The translations under genes were made by a program, and so were the position numbers. Shown in pieces: positions 53,071-63,107 of a stretch of 64,000 nucleotides of DNA. This DNA comes from an uncultured virus (IMG/VR IMGVR_UViG_3300028629_000006) (taxonomy: Duplodnaviria > Heunggongvirae > Uroviricota > Caudoviricetes): the IMG/VR virus record IMGVR_UViG_3300028629_000006. The stretch is one strand, 5' to 3'. Position 1 is the stretch's first letter; every line of letters starts with the position of its first letter. A model generated the notes under the pieces. It saw nothing but the letters and a program-made list of their open reading frames with translations. It did no database searches and had not been told where the DNA came from.

Positions 53071-53102
53071 TCGGCCAACTCGAATTTCCACCGGGTAAGT
53101 AA
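53071..53102 (+). promoter_or_regulatory. Candidate sigma-dependent middle promoter (type 2 motif)
   Basis: Immediately after the sigma stop; shares 16/17 bp with positions 19-35. Confidence 0.55.
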
Positions 53103-53141
53103 CGCATTGTCGGAGGCGAGTGCTGCGAAAGGACGGGGAAC

Positions 53142-53447
53142 ATGATCGGCAACATCTACCGCTACCAGTTCACGCCCGAGATTCCCGCACGGGACATTGA
53201 CGAGACCTTGCATCTGGCCCTGCTCGCCGCCGAGTGCCTGCACGGCGAGGCCAAGGTCCGGCTGGAGGCCTCGTACTGCCTGGACGCTGAAAAGCGCGTC
53301 TGCGTGATCGACTCGGGCACCGCCATCGGCAACTACGTCGTGCGCTTCTTCACCGGCTTCGCCACGCGGGAGTTCGGCGAGCGCGCCTTCACGGTGCGCC
53401 GCATGGACCGTGTGCCCGAGCCCAAGGTCGCGGGGGCGCCGGCGTGA
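53142..53447 (+). CDS. Hypothetical protein
   Basis: First gene of the middle operon; LALLAAECLHGEAKVRLE. Confidence 0.75.
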   Translation: MIGNIYRYQFTPEIPARDIDETLHLALLAAECLHGEAKVRLEASYCLDAEKRVCVIDSGTAIGNYVVRFFTGFATREFGERAFTVRRMDRVPEPKVAGAPA

Positions 53448-53472
53448 CCATCAGCGAAGGAAGGACCTGTCC

Positions 53473-54279
53473 ATGAAACCCATCGACACCAGCTTCATCA
53501 CCAAGGAGAGCGAGGCCGAGTACCACGGCAAGTCGAAGTTCTGGCTGACCAGCCACCGGCTGGCCGAGTTCCGGCGCAACCCGCTGCTCTTTCGCAAGAA
53601 GGAGCTGGGGCTTGTGACCGAGGACGAGGACCGGCCGGCGTTTGTGATCGGCCGGGCTGCACACAAGCTCGTCCTGGAGGGCCGCGGTGCCTTCCAGGCC
53701 GAGTACGCGACCGGCGGGCCGGTGAACGCCCGCACTGGCGAGGTCTACGGCAGCCGCACCAAGGCGTTCCAGGAGTGGGCCGAGGCCCAGGGCAAGCCGG
53801 TCATCACCGACGAGCAGCTCAAGCTGATCGAGAGCCTGGAGGCCAGCGTCCGGGCGCACCGGCACGCGCGGGAGATCCTCGCCGAGGGCATCCCCGAGGG
53901 CGTGGTGCGCGGCAACTACGCCGGCGTGGCCTGCCAGGGGCGCATGGACTGGCTCAACCCCGCCCACGGGATCGTGGACTTCAAGACCTGCGACAACCTC
54001 GACTGGCTCCAGATGGACGCCAAGACCTACGGCTACGCGCACCAGCTGGCGTTCTACCGCGCCCTGGTCGCCGTGGTCGCCGGCGCCCGGGTGCCGGTAT
54101 GGCTGGTCGCGGTCGAGAAGAAGGAACCGTTCAGGACCGGCGTCTGGCGCATGGGCGACGACGTGCTCGGCGTCGCGCAGAAGGAGAACGAGCAGGCCAT
54201 CGCGCGGCTGCTCACCTGCCGCGAGGCCGACGCCTGGCCTACTGGCTACGAGGAAGTGCGCACCTTCGATTGGATTTGA
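53473..54279 (+). CDS. PD-(D/E)XK exonuclease (DUF3799/RecE-like)
   Basis: Paralog of 31075-31878; RMD, VDFKT and YAHQLAFY. Confidence 0.88.
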   Translation: MKPIDTSFITKESEAEYHGKSKFWLTSHRLAEFRRNPLLFRKKELGLVTEDEDRPAFVIGRAAHKLVLEGRGAFQAEYATGGPVNARTGEVYGSRTKAFQEWAEAQGKPVITDEQLKLIESLEASVRAHRHAREILAEGIPEGVVRGNYAGVACQGRMDWLNPAHGIVDFKTCDNLDWLQMDAKTYGYAHQLAFYRALVAVVAGARVPVWLVAVEKKEPFRTGVWRMGDDVLGVAQKENEQAIARLLTCREADAWPTGYEEVRTFDWI

Positions 54280-54284
54280 TCGTC

Positions 54285-54348
54285 GGCGAGCCGCGGGATG
54301 GCGTGACGGACCGGCCATCCGCCCGGACTCCCTGTGCCCGCGCTCGCC
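54285..54348 (+). ncRNA. Candidate structured RNA (homolog of 30999-31071)
   Basis: GGCGAG..CGCGGG/CCCGCG.CTCGCC outer stem; CGGA/TCCG inner stem. Confidence 0.45.
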
Positions 54349-54378
54349 ATTGGCAAGAGAGGAAGAGGAGGACGCACC

Positions 54379-55140
54379 ATGAAGTTGCTTGAGCAGGTGG
54401 AGAGCGGGCGGAAGCCCGCGCCGCGCCGGCTGATGCTTTTCGGCACCGCCGGCATCGGCAAGTCGACCTTCGGGTCGATGGCGCCCAGCCCGATTTTCGT
54501 TCCGACCGAGGACGGCGTCGGCGAGATCGACTGCGCCAAGTTCCCGCTGGCCCAGACCTTCGACCAGGTCATGGCAGCCCTGTCGGAGCTGTACTCCGAG
54601 AAGCACCCCTACCAGACGGTCGTGGTTGACTCGCTCGACTGGCTGGAGCGCCTGATCTGGGCCGAGGTCTGCCGCAAGCGGATGATCGAGAGCATCGAGG
54701 ACATCGGGTACGGCAAGGGCTACGTCTTCGCGCTGACCCACTGGCGGGAGTTCCTGGAGGGCCTCAGCGCCCTGCGGAACGACCGCGGCATGATGATCCT
54801 GCTGATCGCCCACGCCCGCATCGAGAGGTTCGAGAACCCCGAGACGGAGAGCTACGACCGGTATGTGCCGCGGCTGCACAAGCTGGCCTCGCAGGTCGTG
54901 CAGGAGTGGTGCGACGAGGTGCTCTTCGCGACCTACAAGGTCTATGCCAAGGTCAACGACGAGGGCATGGGCCGCAAGAAGGCCAAGGGGATGGGCTCGG
55001 GCGAGCGGATCATCCGCACCACCGAGCGCCCCGCGCACATGGCCAAGAACCGCCTGAACCTGCCGGACGAGCTCCCGCTCGTCTGGAGCGCTTACGCGCA
55101 GTACCTGGTCAATCAGAACGGAGGACAGAGCAATGGCTAA
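54379..55140 (+). CDS. Sak4-like AAA_24 ATPase
   Basis: FGTAGIGKST, VVVDSLDW and AKNR. Confidence 0.88.
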   Translation: MKLLEQVESGRKPAPRRLMLFGTAGIGKSTFGSMAPSPIFVPTEDGVGEIDCAKFPLAQTFDQVMAALSELYSEKHPYQTVVVDSLDWLERLIWAEVCRKRMIESIEDIGYGKGYVFALTHWREFLEGLSALRNDRGMMILLIAHARIERFENPETESYDRYVPRLHKLASQVVQEWCDEVLFATYKVYAKVNDEGMGRKKAKGMGSGERIIRTTERPAHMAKNRLNLPDELPLVWSAYAQYLVNQNGGQSNG

Positions 55141-55588
55141 CCTGCATGGTTTCAACGCCGGCGAGGTCGACCCGGCGGTCGACTTCGAACCCATCCCGGC
55201 CGGGAAGTACCTGGCGGTGATCACCGCCTCCGAGATGAAGCCGACCAAGTCGGGGAAGGGCAGCTTCCTGGAGCTGAGCTTCCAGGTGATCGACGGCGAG
55301 TTCAAGGGCCGGCTGCTCTGGGCGCGCCTGAACCTCGACAACACCAACCCGCTGACGGTCCAGATCGCCCGGGCGGAGCTGTCGGCCATCTGCAGGGCCG
55401 TCGGCGTCCTGCAGCCCAAGGACTCGGTCGAGCTGCACAACCTCCCGCTGCAGGTGACGGTGAAGTGCAAGAAGCGCCAGGACAACGGCGAGATCACCAA
55501 CGAGATCAAGGCCTACGGCAAGAAGGAGGCGGCGACCGGTCAGCCGCAGCAGCAGGCCGCGAGCACCCCTCCCTGGGCCCGCAGGTGA
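55133..55588 (+). CDS. DUF669 ssDNA-binding protein
   Basis: Paralog of 29739-30191. Confidence 0.85.
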   Translation: MANLHGFNAGEVDPAVDFEPIPAGKYLAVITASEMKPTKSGKGSFLELSFQVIDGEFKGRLLWARLNLDNTNPLTVQIARAELSAICRAVGVLQPKDSVELHNLPLQVTVKCKKRQDNGEITNEIKAYGKKEAATGQPQQQAASTPPWARR

Positions 55589-55974
55589 CCGAAGTCGAGT
55601 TGCCGTTCCCGCCGTCGGTGAACCACTACTACCGGCGGGTCGGCCCGCGGACGCTGATCAGCCGCGAGGGCCGGGCTTACCGCGACAAGGTTTGCTCGGT
55701 CCTCGCGGCCCTGGGGCGGCCGCTCTTGGCCGGCCGGCTGGCCATGGCCGTGGAAGCCTATCCACCCGACCGCCGCCGGCGGGACGTCGACAACCTCATC
55801 AAGGCACTGGCAGACGCTCTTCAGCACGGAGGGGCATACCAAGATGATTCGCAGATCGACCTTCTGGCCATCGCCAGGCGAGAGCCCGACCGCGGCGGGG
55901 CCGTCATTGTCAGGCTCGACCAGTTCCCCATCGCCCGGTGCCCGGTGTGCGGGGCGGCGTGGGCTGGGGCTTGA
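55585..55974 (+). CDS. rusA: RusA Holliday junction resolvase
   Basis: LPFPPSVNHYY, PPDRRRRDVDNLIKA and DDSQI. Confidence 0.9.
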   Translation: MTEVELPFPPSVNHYYRRVGPRTLISREGRAYRDKVCSVLAALGRPLLAGRLAMAVEAYPPDRRRRDVDNLIKALADALQHGGAYQDDSQIDLLAIARREPDRGGAVIVRLDQFPIARCPVCGAAWAGA

Positions 55975-56212
55975 GGACCAGTTCCGGGTCTGGGCCTTTC
56001 ACATCTACTACAGCCGGAGCTTCCGCAGCGAGCGCGACCTGCTGCTGCGCTTCGTGAAGGCGCTGGAGGCGTCGGCCAGGCCGATCCTCCGGCCCGAGCG
56101 CCTGGCCGAGTGGGCGGGGAGCGACGCCCGCCGGCGGGACTACTCGGGGGACGACTTCCGGCTATTCGAGCGAGGATTCCTGGCGGATGGAACTGCGACC
56201 GTACCAGCGTGA
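55964..56212 (+). CDS. Small hypothetical protein (start uncertain)
   Basis: Paralog of 29091-29267. Confidence 0.5.
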   Translation: MGLEDQFRVWAFHIYYSRSFRSERDLLLRFVKALEASARPILRPERLAEWAGSDARRRDYSGDDFRLFERGFLADGTATVPA

Positions 56213-57878
56213 CGCGGTGGAGGCCGTCTACGGCCATCTCCGCTCTCGGGACGACAACCCCTGCGTGGTGATCCCGACGGCCGGGGGCAAGACGCCGTGC
56301 CTGGCGGCCATCTGCCGGGACGCCGTCGACCTCTGGCAGGGCCGCGTGCTGATCCTGGCCCACGTCAAGGAGCTGCTGGAGCAGTCGGTCGCCCATCTCA
56401 ACCGGCTGCTCGACTGGGACAAGGTGGGCATCTACTCGGCGGGACTGAAGCGGCGGGACACCGCGCACCCCATCATCGTGGCGGGCATCCAGTCGGTCTA
56501 CAAGCGCGCCTGCAAGCTCGACGGCTTCGATCTGGTCCTTGTGGATGAGGCTCACATGATCCCGCCGGACGGCGACGGGATGTACCGGACCTTTCTGGAG
56601 GAGGCGGCCAAGGTCAATCCCCGCATCCGGGTGATCGGCTTCACGGCCACGCCGTTCCGCATGACCACCGGCTCCATCTGCGCGCCGGAGAACCTGCTCA
56701 ACTCGGTCTGCTACGAGATCGGCGTCCGGGAACTCATCGTCCAGGGCTACCTCTGCAAGCTGGTCACCAAGGGCGGGCGGGAGGACGTGGACACCGGGGG
56801 CCTCCACGTCCGCGGCGGCGAGTTCGTGGCCGACGAGGTCGAGGCCCTGATGAACCAGGACTCGCGGGTCGAGGCCGCCTGCACCGAGATCATCGACTAC
56901 ACCGGCGACCGCAAGGCATGCCTGGTCTTCGCCAGCGGCGTCGACCATGCCGAGCACGTGGCCGAGACGCTGCGACGGAAGGGTGGCGTGGTCGCCACGG
57001 TCTTCGGCGAGACGTCCGACAAGGAGCGGGCCAAGGTCATCGCCGACTTCCGCGGCGGGCAGGTGAAGTACCTGGTCAACGTGAATGTCTTGACCACGGG
57101 CTTCGACGCCCCGAACGTCGACTGCGTGGCCATGCTCCGGCCGACGATGTCGCCGGGGCTCTACTACCAGATGGTCGGGAGGGGATTCCGGCTCTGCGAG
57201 GGCAAGGCCGACTGCCTGGTCCTGGACTTCGGCGGCAACGTCCTCCGGCACGGCCCGGTGGACGACATCCTGGTGCAGGCGAAGGACTACGAGGGCGACG
57301 GCGAGGCGCCGGCCAAGAAGTGCCCGAACTGCAGCGCGCTCATCGCCGCAGGGTACACCGTCTGCCCGCAGTGCGGCTACGAGTTCCCGCCGCCCGAGCG
57401 CCGGCAGCACGACGCCACGGCGAGCACCGCCGGGATTCTCTCCGGCCAGGTGACTGTCGAGGAGCACGAGGTCCGGGAGACCTGGTACAGCCTCCACGCC
57501 AAGCGCGACGCGCCGCCCGAGCATCCCAAAACCATGCGCGTCGACTACCAGATCGGCTGGCAGAAGTACCAGTCCGAGTGGATCTGCCTCGAGCACGGCG
57601 GCTGGGCGCGCAGCAAGGCCGAGTCCTGGTGGAGACAGCGCTCTAACCTGCCCCCGCCGGCCACGGCAGAGGAGGCCGTCGCCCTAGCCCAGGAGGGGGC
57701 ACTGTGCCAGACGCGGCACATCACCGTCCGGAGCGTCACCGGCGAGAAGTACGCCCGCATCGTGGGCTATGACCTCGGCCCGAAGCCCGACTACCGCGAG
57801 CCGGGGTGGGATGAGGAGGGCGAAGCAGTGCCGTCCTCGGTCGGCGCCTCTGCCGACCACGAGGAGATCCCCTTCTAG
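56187..57878 (+). CDS. DEAD/DEAH (RadD/YejH-like) helicase
   Basis: Paralog of 27280-29094, lacking its last Zn finger. Confidence 0.92.
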   Translation: MELRPYQRDAVEAVYGHLRSRDDNPCVVIPTAGGKTPCLAAICRDAVDLWQGRVLILAHVKELLEQSVAHLNRLLDWDKVGIYSAGLKRRDTAHPIIVAGIQSVYKRACKLDGFDLVLVDEAHMIPPDGDGMYRTFLEEAAKVNPRIRVIGFTATPFRMTTGSICAPENLLNSVCYEIGVRELIVQGYLCKLVTKGGREDVDTGGLHVRGGEFVADEVEALMNQDSRVEAACTEIIDYTGDRKACLVFASGVDHAEHVAETLRRKGGVVATVFGETSDKERAKVIADFRGGQVKYLVNVNVLTTGFDAPNVDCVAMLRPTMSPGLYYQMVGRGFRLCEGKADCLVLDFGGNVLRHGPVDDILVQAKDYEGDGEAPAKKCPNCSALIAAGYTVCPQCGYEFPPPERRQHDATASTAGILSGQVTVEEHEVRETWYSLHAKRDAPPEHPKTMRVDYQIGWQKYQSEWICLEHGGWARSKAESWWRQRSNLPPPATAEEAVALAQEGALCQTRHITVRSVTGEKYARIVGYDLGPKPDYREPGWDEEGEAVPSSVGASADHEEIPF

Positions 57879-57886
57879 GGGTGGCC

Positions 57887-60133
57887 ATGAGCACCCACCT
57901 CGACCACGCCCTGGCCTACGCCAAGCTCGGCTGGCGGATCGTGCCGCTGCACCATATCAACGACAAGGGGCAGTGCACCTGCCTGCGGCCGGGCTGCGAG
58001 GCGCCGGGCAAGCACCCGCGGATCAAGGACTGGACGAACCAGGCGACCACCGACGAGGCCATCATCCGGGCCTGGTGGGCCCGCTGGCCCGACGCCAACA
58101 TCGGCATGGCCATGGGCAAGGGGCTGGTCGACATCGAGTCGGAGGTCGACTGCGCCGAGAACCTCACCCGGCTGGAGGCCAAGCTCGGGCCGCTGCCTGA
58201 CTCGGTCAGTTGGTCGAGCGGCGGCGGGGGCCAGCACCGGGTCTTCCGGACCAGCCTGCCCATCGGGAACCTGACCAACATCGGCCAGGAGATCCTGGGC
58301 ATCCCGAAGACCGGCGTCGACGTCCGCGGCGAAGGCGGCCAGGCGGTGATGCCGCCGTCGGCCCACATCTCGGGCGGCACTTACCGATGGACGAACCTGA
58401 CGCCTGATGCCCTCGATGTCGCCGAGCTGCCGGAGGCGTGGGCCAACTACCTGGCCGAGGCCGCCAAGTCGGAGGTCAAGCCCGGCGGCGAGAACCCCAT
58501 CCCGGAGGGGCAGCGCAACTCCACCCTGGCGCGCCTAGCCGGGACCATGCGCCGGGCGGGAATGAGCGAGCCGGCGATCCTGGCGGCGCTCCTCGAGACC
58601 AACCGCGAGCGCTGCAACCCGCCGCTGGGCGAGGGCGAGGTGCGCGCGGTCGCGGCGTCCATCGCCAGGTACGAGCCCGACCAGGTGATGGTCGCGGCCG
58701 TCGAGGGGCATTGGGAACAGGACCAGGCCGGGGAGCCCGAGGAGTCGGATGAGCAGCCGGGTGGGGAAGACCCCGGCCAGCTGCCCGAGCACCTGCTACA
58801 CGTCCCCGGCCTCATCGACGAGGTCATGAACCTGACGCTCCTGAGCGCGCCGTACCCTGACCGGGTGCTGGCCTTCTGCGGCGCCCTGGCGCTGCAGGCG
58901 ACGCTTTGTGGCCGGAAGGTGCGAGATCCCGGCGGCGCCCGCACCAACCTCTACCTGCTCGGCCTGGCGAACTCCGGCACCGGCAAAGACCACCCCCGCA
59001 AGATCAACCAGCGGATCATGCTGGAGGCCGGGCTCTCCAGCCAGTTGGCCGACAGCTTCGCCTCGGGGGAAGGCATCGAGGACCGCGTCGCGGCCTCGAA
59101 GACCGTGCTCTTCCAGACCGACGAGATCGACGCCGTGCTGCTCTCCATCTCCAAGAGCAAGGATGGCCGGGCCGAGCGGATCATGGAGATCCTGCTCAAG
59201 TTCTACTCGGCCGCCGCCAGCCTCTACCACATGCGGGTCAAAGCCGGCCAGGAGCCGGGGACCATCGACCAGCCCTGCCTGGAACTGTTCGGCACGGCGA
59301 TCCCGAAGCACTACTACGAATCGCTCTGCGACAAGATGCTGACCAACGGCTTCTTCGCCCGGATGCTGGTCTTCGAGGCAGGCCTGCGCGGTGCGGGGCA
59401 GGAGCCAAGGGAGCTGCCCGTGCCGGCCAGCATCATCGAGAAGGCCCGCTATTGGGCCGCCCTGCGCCCAGGGCAGGGCAACCTCGACAACGAGCACCCC
59501 ACGCCCATCGAGGTGCCGTTCGAGCCGGGCGTCTCAGACCTCTTCGAGGCCATCCGCCAGCAGGAGGCGGCGGCCTACGACAAGGCCCAGAAGGCCGACG
59601 ACCCGGTTGCCATGGCCATCTGGGCCCGTGCGGGTGAGAAGGTTCGCCGCCTGGCCCTGGTCTACGCCTGCAGCGAGAACCACCAGGCGCCGGTGATCAC
59701 CCGGGCCGCCGTCGAGTGGGCATGGGCCATCGTGTACCACCAGACCCGGCAGATGCTGTTCCAGGCCGGCCGCCATGTGGTCGAGAACGAGTTCGAGGGC
59801 CGCTGCAAGCGGATGCTCCGCATCCTCCAGAACTGGCGCGCCGTACACGGCGACCGGTGGATGGACGGCTGGAAGGTCTCCAGGCGGATGAAGATGTCCA
59901 CCCGGGATCTGACGGATGTGCGCGAGACGCTGGTGGCTCAGCGACGCATTGAGTACAGCGAGATCTCCACCGGCGGGCGGCCATCCCGGACCTATCGCCT
60001 GGTGCCTTCGCAGCGCGAAGAACCGACTTATTGCCCTGGTCAAGAAGTGCCTGGAGGGGGTCTTCTTGACCATATTGACCCCCATATTGCCGACGGCGAA
60101 GAGTCAAGAAGTTCGGCCGGAATGGAGGCGTAA
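57887..60133 (+). CDS. Bifunctional primase-polymerase + PriCT + DUF3987-type helicase
   Basis: ALAYA..GW.IVPL, C.C...C..PGKHP, WW.RWPDANIG, GVDVRG.GG..PPS.H, EGQRNSTL and ANSGTGKD. Confidence 0.88.
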   Translation: MSTHLDHALAYAKLGWRIVPLHHINDKGQCTCLRPGCEAPGKHPRIKDWTNQATTDEAIIRAWWARWPDANIGMAMGKGLVDIESEVDCAENLTRLEAKLGPLPDSVSWSSGGGGQHRVFRTSLPIGNLTNIGQEILGIPKTGVDVRGEGGQAVMPPSAHISGGTYRWTNLTPDALDVAELPEAWANYLAEAAKSEVKPGGENPIPEGQRNSTLARLAGTMRRAGMSEPAILAALLETNRERCNPPLGEGEVRAVAASIARYEPDQVMVAAVEGHWEQDQAGEPEESDEQPGGEDPGQLPEHLLHVPGLIDEVMNLTLLSAPYPDRVLAFCGALALQATLCGRKVRDPGGARTNLYLLGLANSGTGKDHPRKINQRIMLEAGLSSQLADSFASGEGIEDRVAASKTVLFQTDEIDAVLLSISKSKDGRAERIMEILLKFYSAAASLYHMRVKAGQEPGTIDQPCLELFGTAIPKHYYESLCDKMLTNGFFARMLVFEAGLRGAGQEPRELPVPASIIEKARYWAALRPGQGNLDNEHPTPIEVPFEPGVSDLFEAIRQQEAAAYDKAQKADDPVAMAIWARAGEKVRRLALVYACSENHQAPVITRAAVEWAWAIVYHQTRQMLFQAGRHVVENEFEGRCKRMLRILQNWRAVHGDRWMDGWKVSRRMKMSTRDLTDVRETLVAQRRIEYSEISTGGRPSRTYRLVPSQREEPTYCPGQEVPGGGLLDHIDPHIADGEESRSSAGMEA

Positions 60134-60255
60134 GTCTTATGAATAGAGAGAGAAAGAGAGAGAAGAATTACTTCTTACCTTATTGCCTACCCCCACACAT
60201 GCGCACCCATGTTTACGCGGGCGCGCGAGACAGGGGTGTCAATAAGTCAAAAAGC
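60020..60255. repeat. CTTMTTG/CAAKAAG repeat cluster with purine tract, candidate origin
   Basis: About 9 copies in both orientations at the 3' end of the primase gene; AT-rich relative to the flanks. Confidence 0.65.
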
Positions 60256-60307
60256 AACGGTTCCTCCCGGGCCCCCGGGCGAAACCACGCGCGGCGGAAC
60301 CGTCGCG
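60256..60307 (+). other. Candidate cos site
   Basis: AACGGTTCCTCC...ACGCGCGGCGGAACCGTCGCG, conserved with 24790-24843. Confidence 0.6.
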
Positions 60308-60467
60308 CTTCTGGACAGAGTTTGTTTGCCGGTGCCCGGTTTCCGCGCACAGGGCGCGCCCTGGCCGCCGGGGCGTGCCGGGAGCCGATCCGACCGGGAT
60401 CTCGCCACGTGGGCCGCCCGTGCGCGCCCCGTGGCCAACCCTTGACCCAGAACGCGGAGGTGACGCC

Positions 60468-60749
60468 ATGAAACGGGATACTGCCAGCCGCATACGCACA
60501 AAGTGCACTGAGATCGCCGAGATGCTGGCCGCGAAAAACAAGGCCTACGGCAACTCGGCGCTGGAGCCCGTGCGGGTCTTTGCCCAGGGAGATCCCGAAG
60601 ACCTCATCCGGGTGCGGCTCGACGACAAGCTCAGCCGCATCCGCAACAACCCCTCCGCGTTCGGCGAAGACCCCGTGCTGGACCTGGTCGGCTACCTGGT
60701 CCTGCTGCTCATAGCCCGCGAGGACAAGGCCGCGAAGGCGCGGCGGTAG
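60468..60749 (+). CDS. DUF1599/Nmad1 protein
   Basis: LAAKNKAYGNS...RLDDKLSRI...DLVGYLVL. Confidence 0.75.
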   Translation: MKRDTASRIRTKCTEIAEMLAAKNKAYGNSALEPVRVFAQGDPEDLIRVRLDDKLSRIRNNPSAFGEDPVLDLVGYLVLLLIAREDKAAKARR

Positions 60750-60759
60750 GAGGCGAACC

Positions 60760-62088
60760 GTGAAGATCGAGATGCGCAGGCTGTCCGAGATCAAGCCCTA
60801 CGAGAAGAACCCGCGGGTGAACGACGGCGCGGTGGACGCCGTGGCCAACTCCATCCGCGAGTATGGCTTCCGCCAGCCCATCGTGGTGGACGCCGAGGGC
60901 GTCATCATCGTCGGCCACACCCGCTGGAAGGCGGCGCAGAAGCTCGGGCTGGAGACGGTGCCGGTCCACGTGGCAGTCGACCTGCCGCCGGAGAAGGTCA
61001 AGGCCTACCGCCTGGCCGACAACAAGCTGGCCGAGATGGCCGAGTGGGACATGGAACTCCTGCCCATCGAGCTTTCGGAGCTGCGGGGCATGGACATCGA
61101 CCTGGGCATGCTTGGGTTCGCGCCGGATGAGCTGGAGAAGCTGCTGGGCGCCGGCATCCACGGCAACGAGGGGCTCACCGACCCGGACGCGGTGCCAGAT
61201 CCGCCGGACGCGGCGGTGACTCAGCCGGGCGACCTGTGGGTGCTGGGCGACCACCGGCTGCTCTGCGGCGACTCGAGCAAGGCCGAAGACGTGGACCGGC
61301 TGCTGGGCGGGGCCCGCATCCACCTGGTGAACACCGACCCGCCGTACAACGTGATGGTCGAGCCGCGGTCGAACAACGCCATCGCCGCTGGCCTGAGTTC
61401 CTTCGCCGGCTACGGCAACACCGACCCCGGCCGGGACGTCCACCGGAACCCCAATGCGGCCAACCCCACGCATGCCAAGATGCGGGCCAAGGACCGGCCG
61501 CTCGAGAACGACTTCGTGTCGGACGAGGAGTTCGCTCGGCTGCTCCACGCCTGGTTCGGGAACGTCCAGCGGGTGCTGGAGCCGGGCCGGGGCTTCTACA
61601 TCTGGGGCGGCTACTCGAACATCTCGAACTACCCGCCGGTGCTCAAGGCATGCGAGCTGTACTTCTCGCAGATGGTGATCTGGGTGAAGGAGCACCCGGT
61701 GCTGACCCGCAAGGATTTCATGGGGAACCACGAGTGGTGCTTCTACGGCTGGCGGGAGGGGGCCGGGCACCAGTTCTTCGGGCCGAACAACATCCCGGAC
61801 GTGTGGTCAGTGAAGAAGGTCAACCCGCAGTCGATGGTTCACTTGACCGAGAAGCCCGTGGAGCTGGCGGTCCGCGCCCTGCAGTACTCCTCGCAGCCGG
61901 GCGAGAACGTCCTCGACCTCTTCGGCGGCTCGGGCAGCACGCTCATCGCGGCCGAGAAGACCGGGCGCCACGCCTACCTCATGGAGATCGACGAGCTCTA
62001 CTGCGACGTGATCGTCCGCAGGTGGGAGGAGTTCACCGGGAAGAAGGCCGAGCGCGTCTCGGTCGCGGGGGTGGTCCATGCGCAATAG
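60760..62088 (+). CDS. ParB/Srx-N6/N4 DNA methyltransferase fusion
   Basis: Paralog of 22965-24338; TDPPY and DLFGGSGST. Confidence 0.93.
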   Translation: MKIEMRRLSEIKPYEKNPRVNDGAVDAVANSIREYGFRQPIVVDAEGVIIVGHTRWKAAQKLGLETVPVHVAVDLPPEKVKAYRLADNKLAEMAEWDMELLPIELSELRGMDIDLGMLGFAPDELEKLLGAGIHGNEGLTDPDAVPDPPDAAVTQPGDLWVLGDHRLLCGDSSKAEDVDRLLGGARIHLVNTDPPYNVMVEPRSNNAIAAGLSSFAGYGNTDPGRDVHRNPNAANPTHAKMRAKDRPLENDFVSDEEFARLLHAWFGNVQRVLEPGRGFYIWGGYSNISNYPPVLKACELYFSQMVIWVKEHPVLTRKDFMGNHEWCFYGWREGAGHQFFGPNNIPDVWSVKKVNPQSMVHLTEKPVELAVRALQYSSQPGENVLDLFGGSGSTLIAAEKTGRHAYLMEIDELYCDVIVRRWEEFTGKKAERVSVAGVVHAQ

Positions 62089-62350
62089 ACGCCTGATGTG
62101 CCGGAACTGCGGCTTGCGCCTGGCCGAGGGGGTCAGGATGGTCCGCGGCGGGTTCTGCTCACACTCTTGCCGGCTGGCATACATCCCCGACATCACGCCG
62201 GCCCAGGCCGCCGGCATCAACGCGGCCGACGAGCGTGCCCACCGCGAGCCGCTGTCGCTTCACGAGGAGCCCTACGGGGAGCAGTTGGCGGTTGGGTTCG
62301 CGATGATGGCCGGCCTGGACCCATGGGACGAGGACGAGCAGGTGGCCTGA
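62078..62350 (+). CDS. Small Zn-finger hypothetical protein
   Basis: CRNCG...FCSHSC; absent from prophage 1. Confidence 0.55.
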   Translation: MRNRRLMCRNCGLRLAEGVRMVRGGFCSHSCRLAYIPDITPAQAAGINAADERAHREPLSLHEEPYGEQLAVGFAMMAGLDPWDEDEQVA

Positions 62351-62353
62351 ACG

Positions 62354-62389
62354 ACCGAACCCCGGCGGGCTCGCCGGGGCGTTCGGTCT
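62354..62389. terminator. Hairpin between convergent genes
   Basis: GACCGAAC CCCGGCG-ggct-CGCCGGG gc GTTCGGTC. Confidence 0.55.
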
Positions 62390-62405
62390 GAGGAGATGCT
62401 GGATG

Positions 62406-62741
62406 CTACTTGGTGACCGTGAACTTCCCGCGCTCGACGACCTTGAACCGGGCCTCGGCGCCCTTGGCCTTGATTTCCCGGAACATGGCCGAGTAGATGG
62501 TCGCCGCCGGGGTCTTGCCCTCGGTCTGCCAGAGCCCCTTGGCCAGCATCGCCTCGACGATGGTCTTGGCGTTCATGGGCTCCTTGGCCTCGGCCAGCAC
62601 CTTGGCCGCCGCATCGAGGCCGGACATCCGACCGTCGCCGGCCGGCTTCGCCGTGGCCGGCGCAGCCGCCGCCTCCGGCTTCTCGGGCTTGGCCTTCTTG
62701 CTGTGGCCCTTGGTCTTGGGGTGCTTCTTGCTGCTCGACAT
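62406..62741 (-). CDS. HARE-HTH winged-helix protein
   Basis: Paralog of 22638-22961. Confidence 0.85.
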   Translation of the reverse strand: MSSSKKHPKTKGHSKKAKPEKPEAAAAPATAKPAGDGRMSGLDAAAKVLAEAKEPMNAKTIVEAMLAKGLWQTEGKTPAATIYSAMFREIKAKGAEARFKVVERGKFTVTK

Positions 62742-62801
62742 GGTACTTCTCCTTTCGGTTCCATCCACGGCGACAGGCCGTGGTTCAATCCGTGTGATTC
62801 C

Positions 62802-63101
62802 CTAGACCGCTGTGAACCCGGCGATGAAGAACTCGCCGCGGGTCTTGGGCTCGCCCAGGGTAGCCGCGAAGGCGCGCGCCTCGGCGGGCGAGAGGAACGG
62901 CCGGCTCAAGGAGTAGCCCCCGAACGCGGCCTGGGTGTCGTCGCAAACCAGGCAGGCGCCCTGGCGGTCCAGGACCAGGACCCAGCCCATGCCGTCTGCG
63001 AAGGCGCCCTCGGCGATGAGCGGGTTGGCCCCCATCTCGCGCCAAGCCTCGGCGCCGCCGAAGGCGTCGAAGTCGTGGCGGGTGAACTCGCGCAGTTCCA
63101 T
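62802..63101 (-). CDS. Hypothetical protein
   Basis: Paralog of 22284-22577. Confidence 0.8.
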   Translation of the reverse strand: MELREFTRHDFDAFGGAEAWREMGANPLIAEGAFADGMGWVLVLDRQGACLVCDDTQAAFGGYSLSRPFLSPAEARAFAATLGEPKTRGEFFIAGFTAV

Positions 63102-63107
63102 GTTCCA

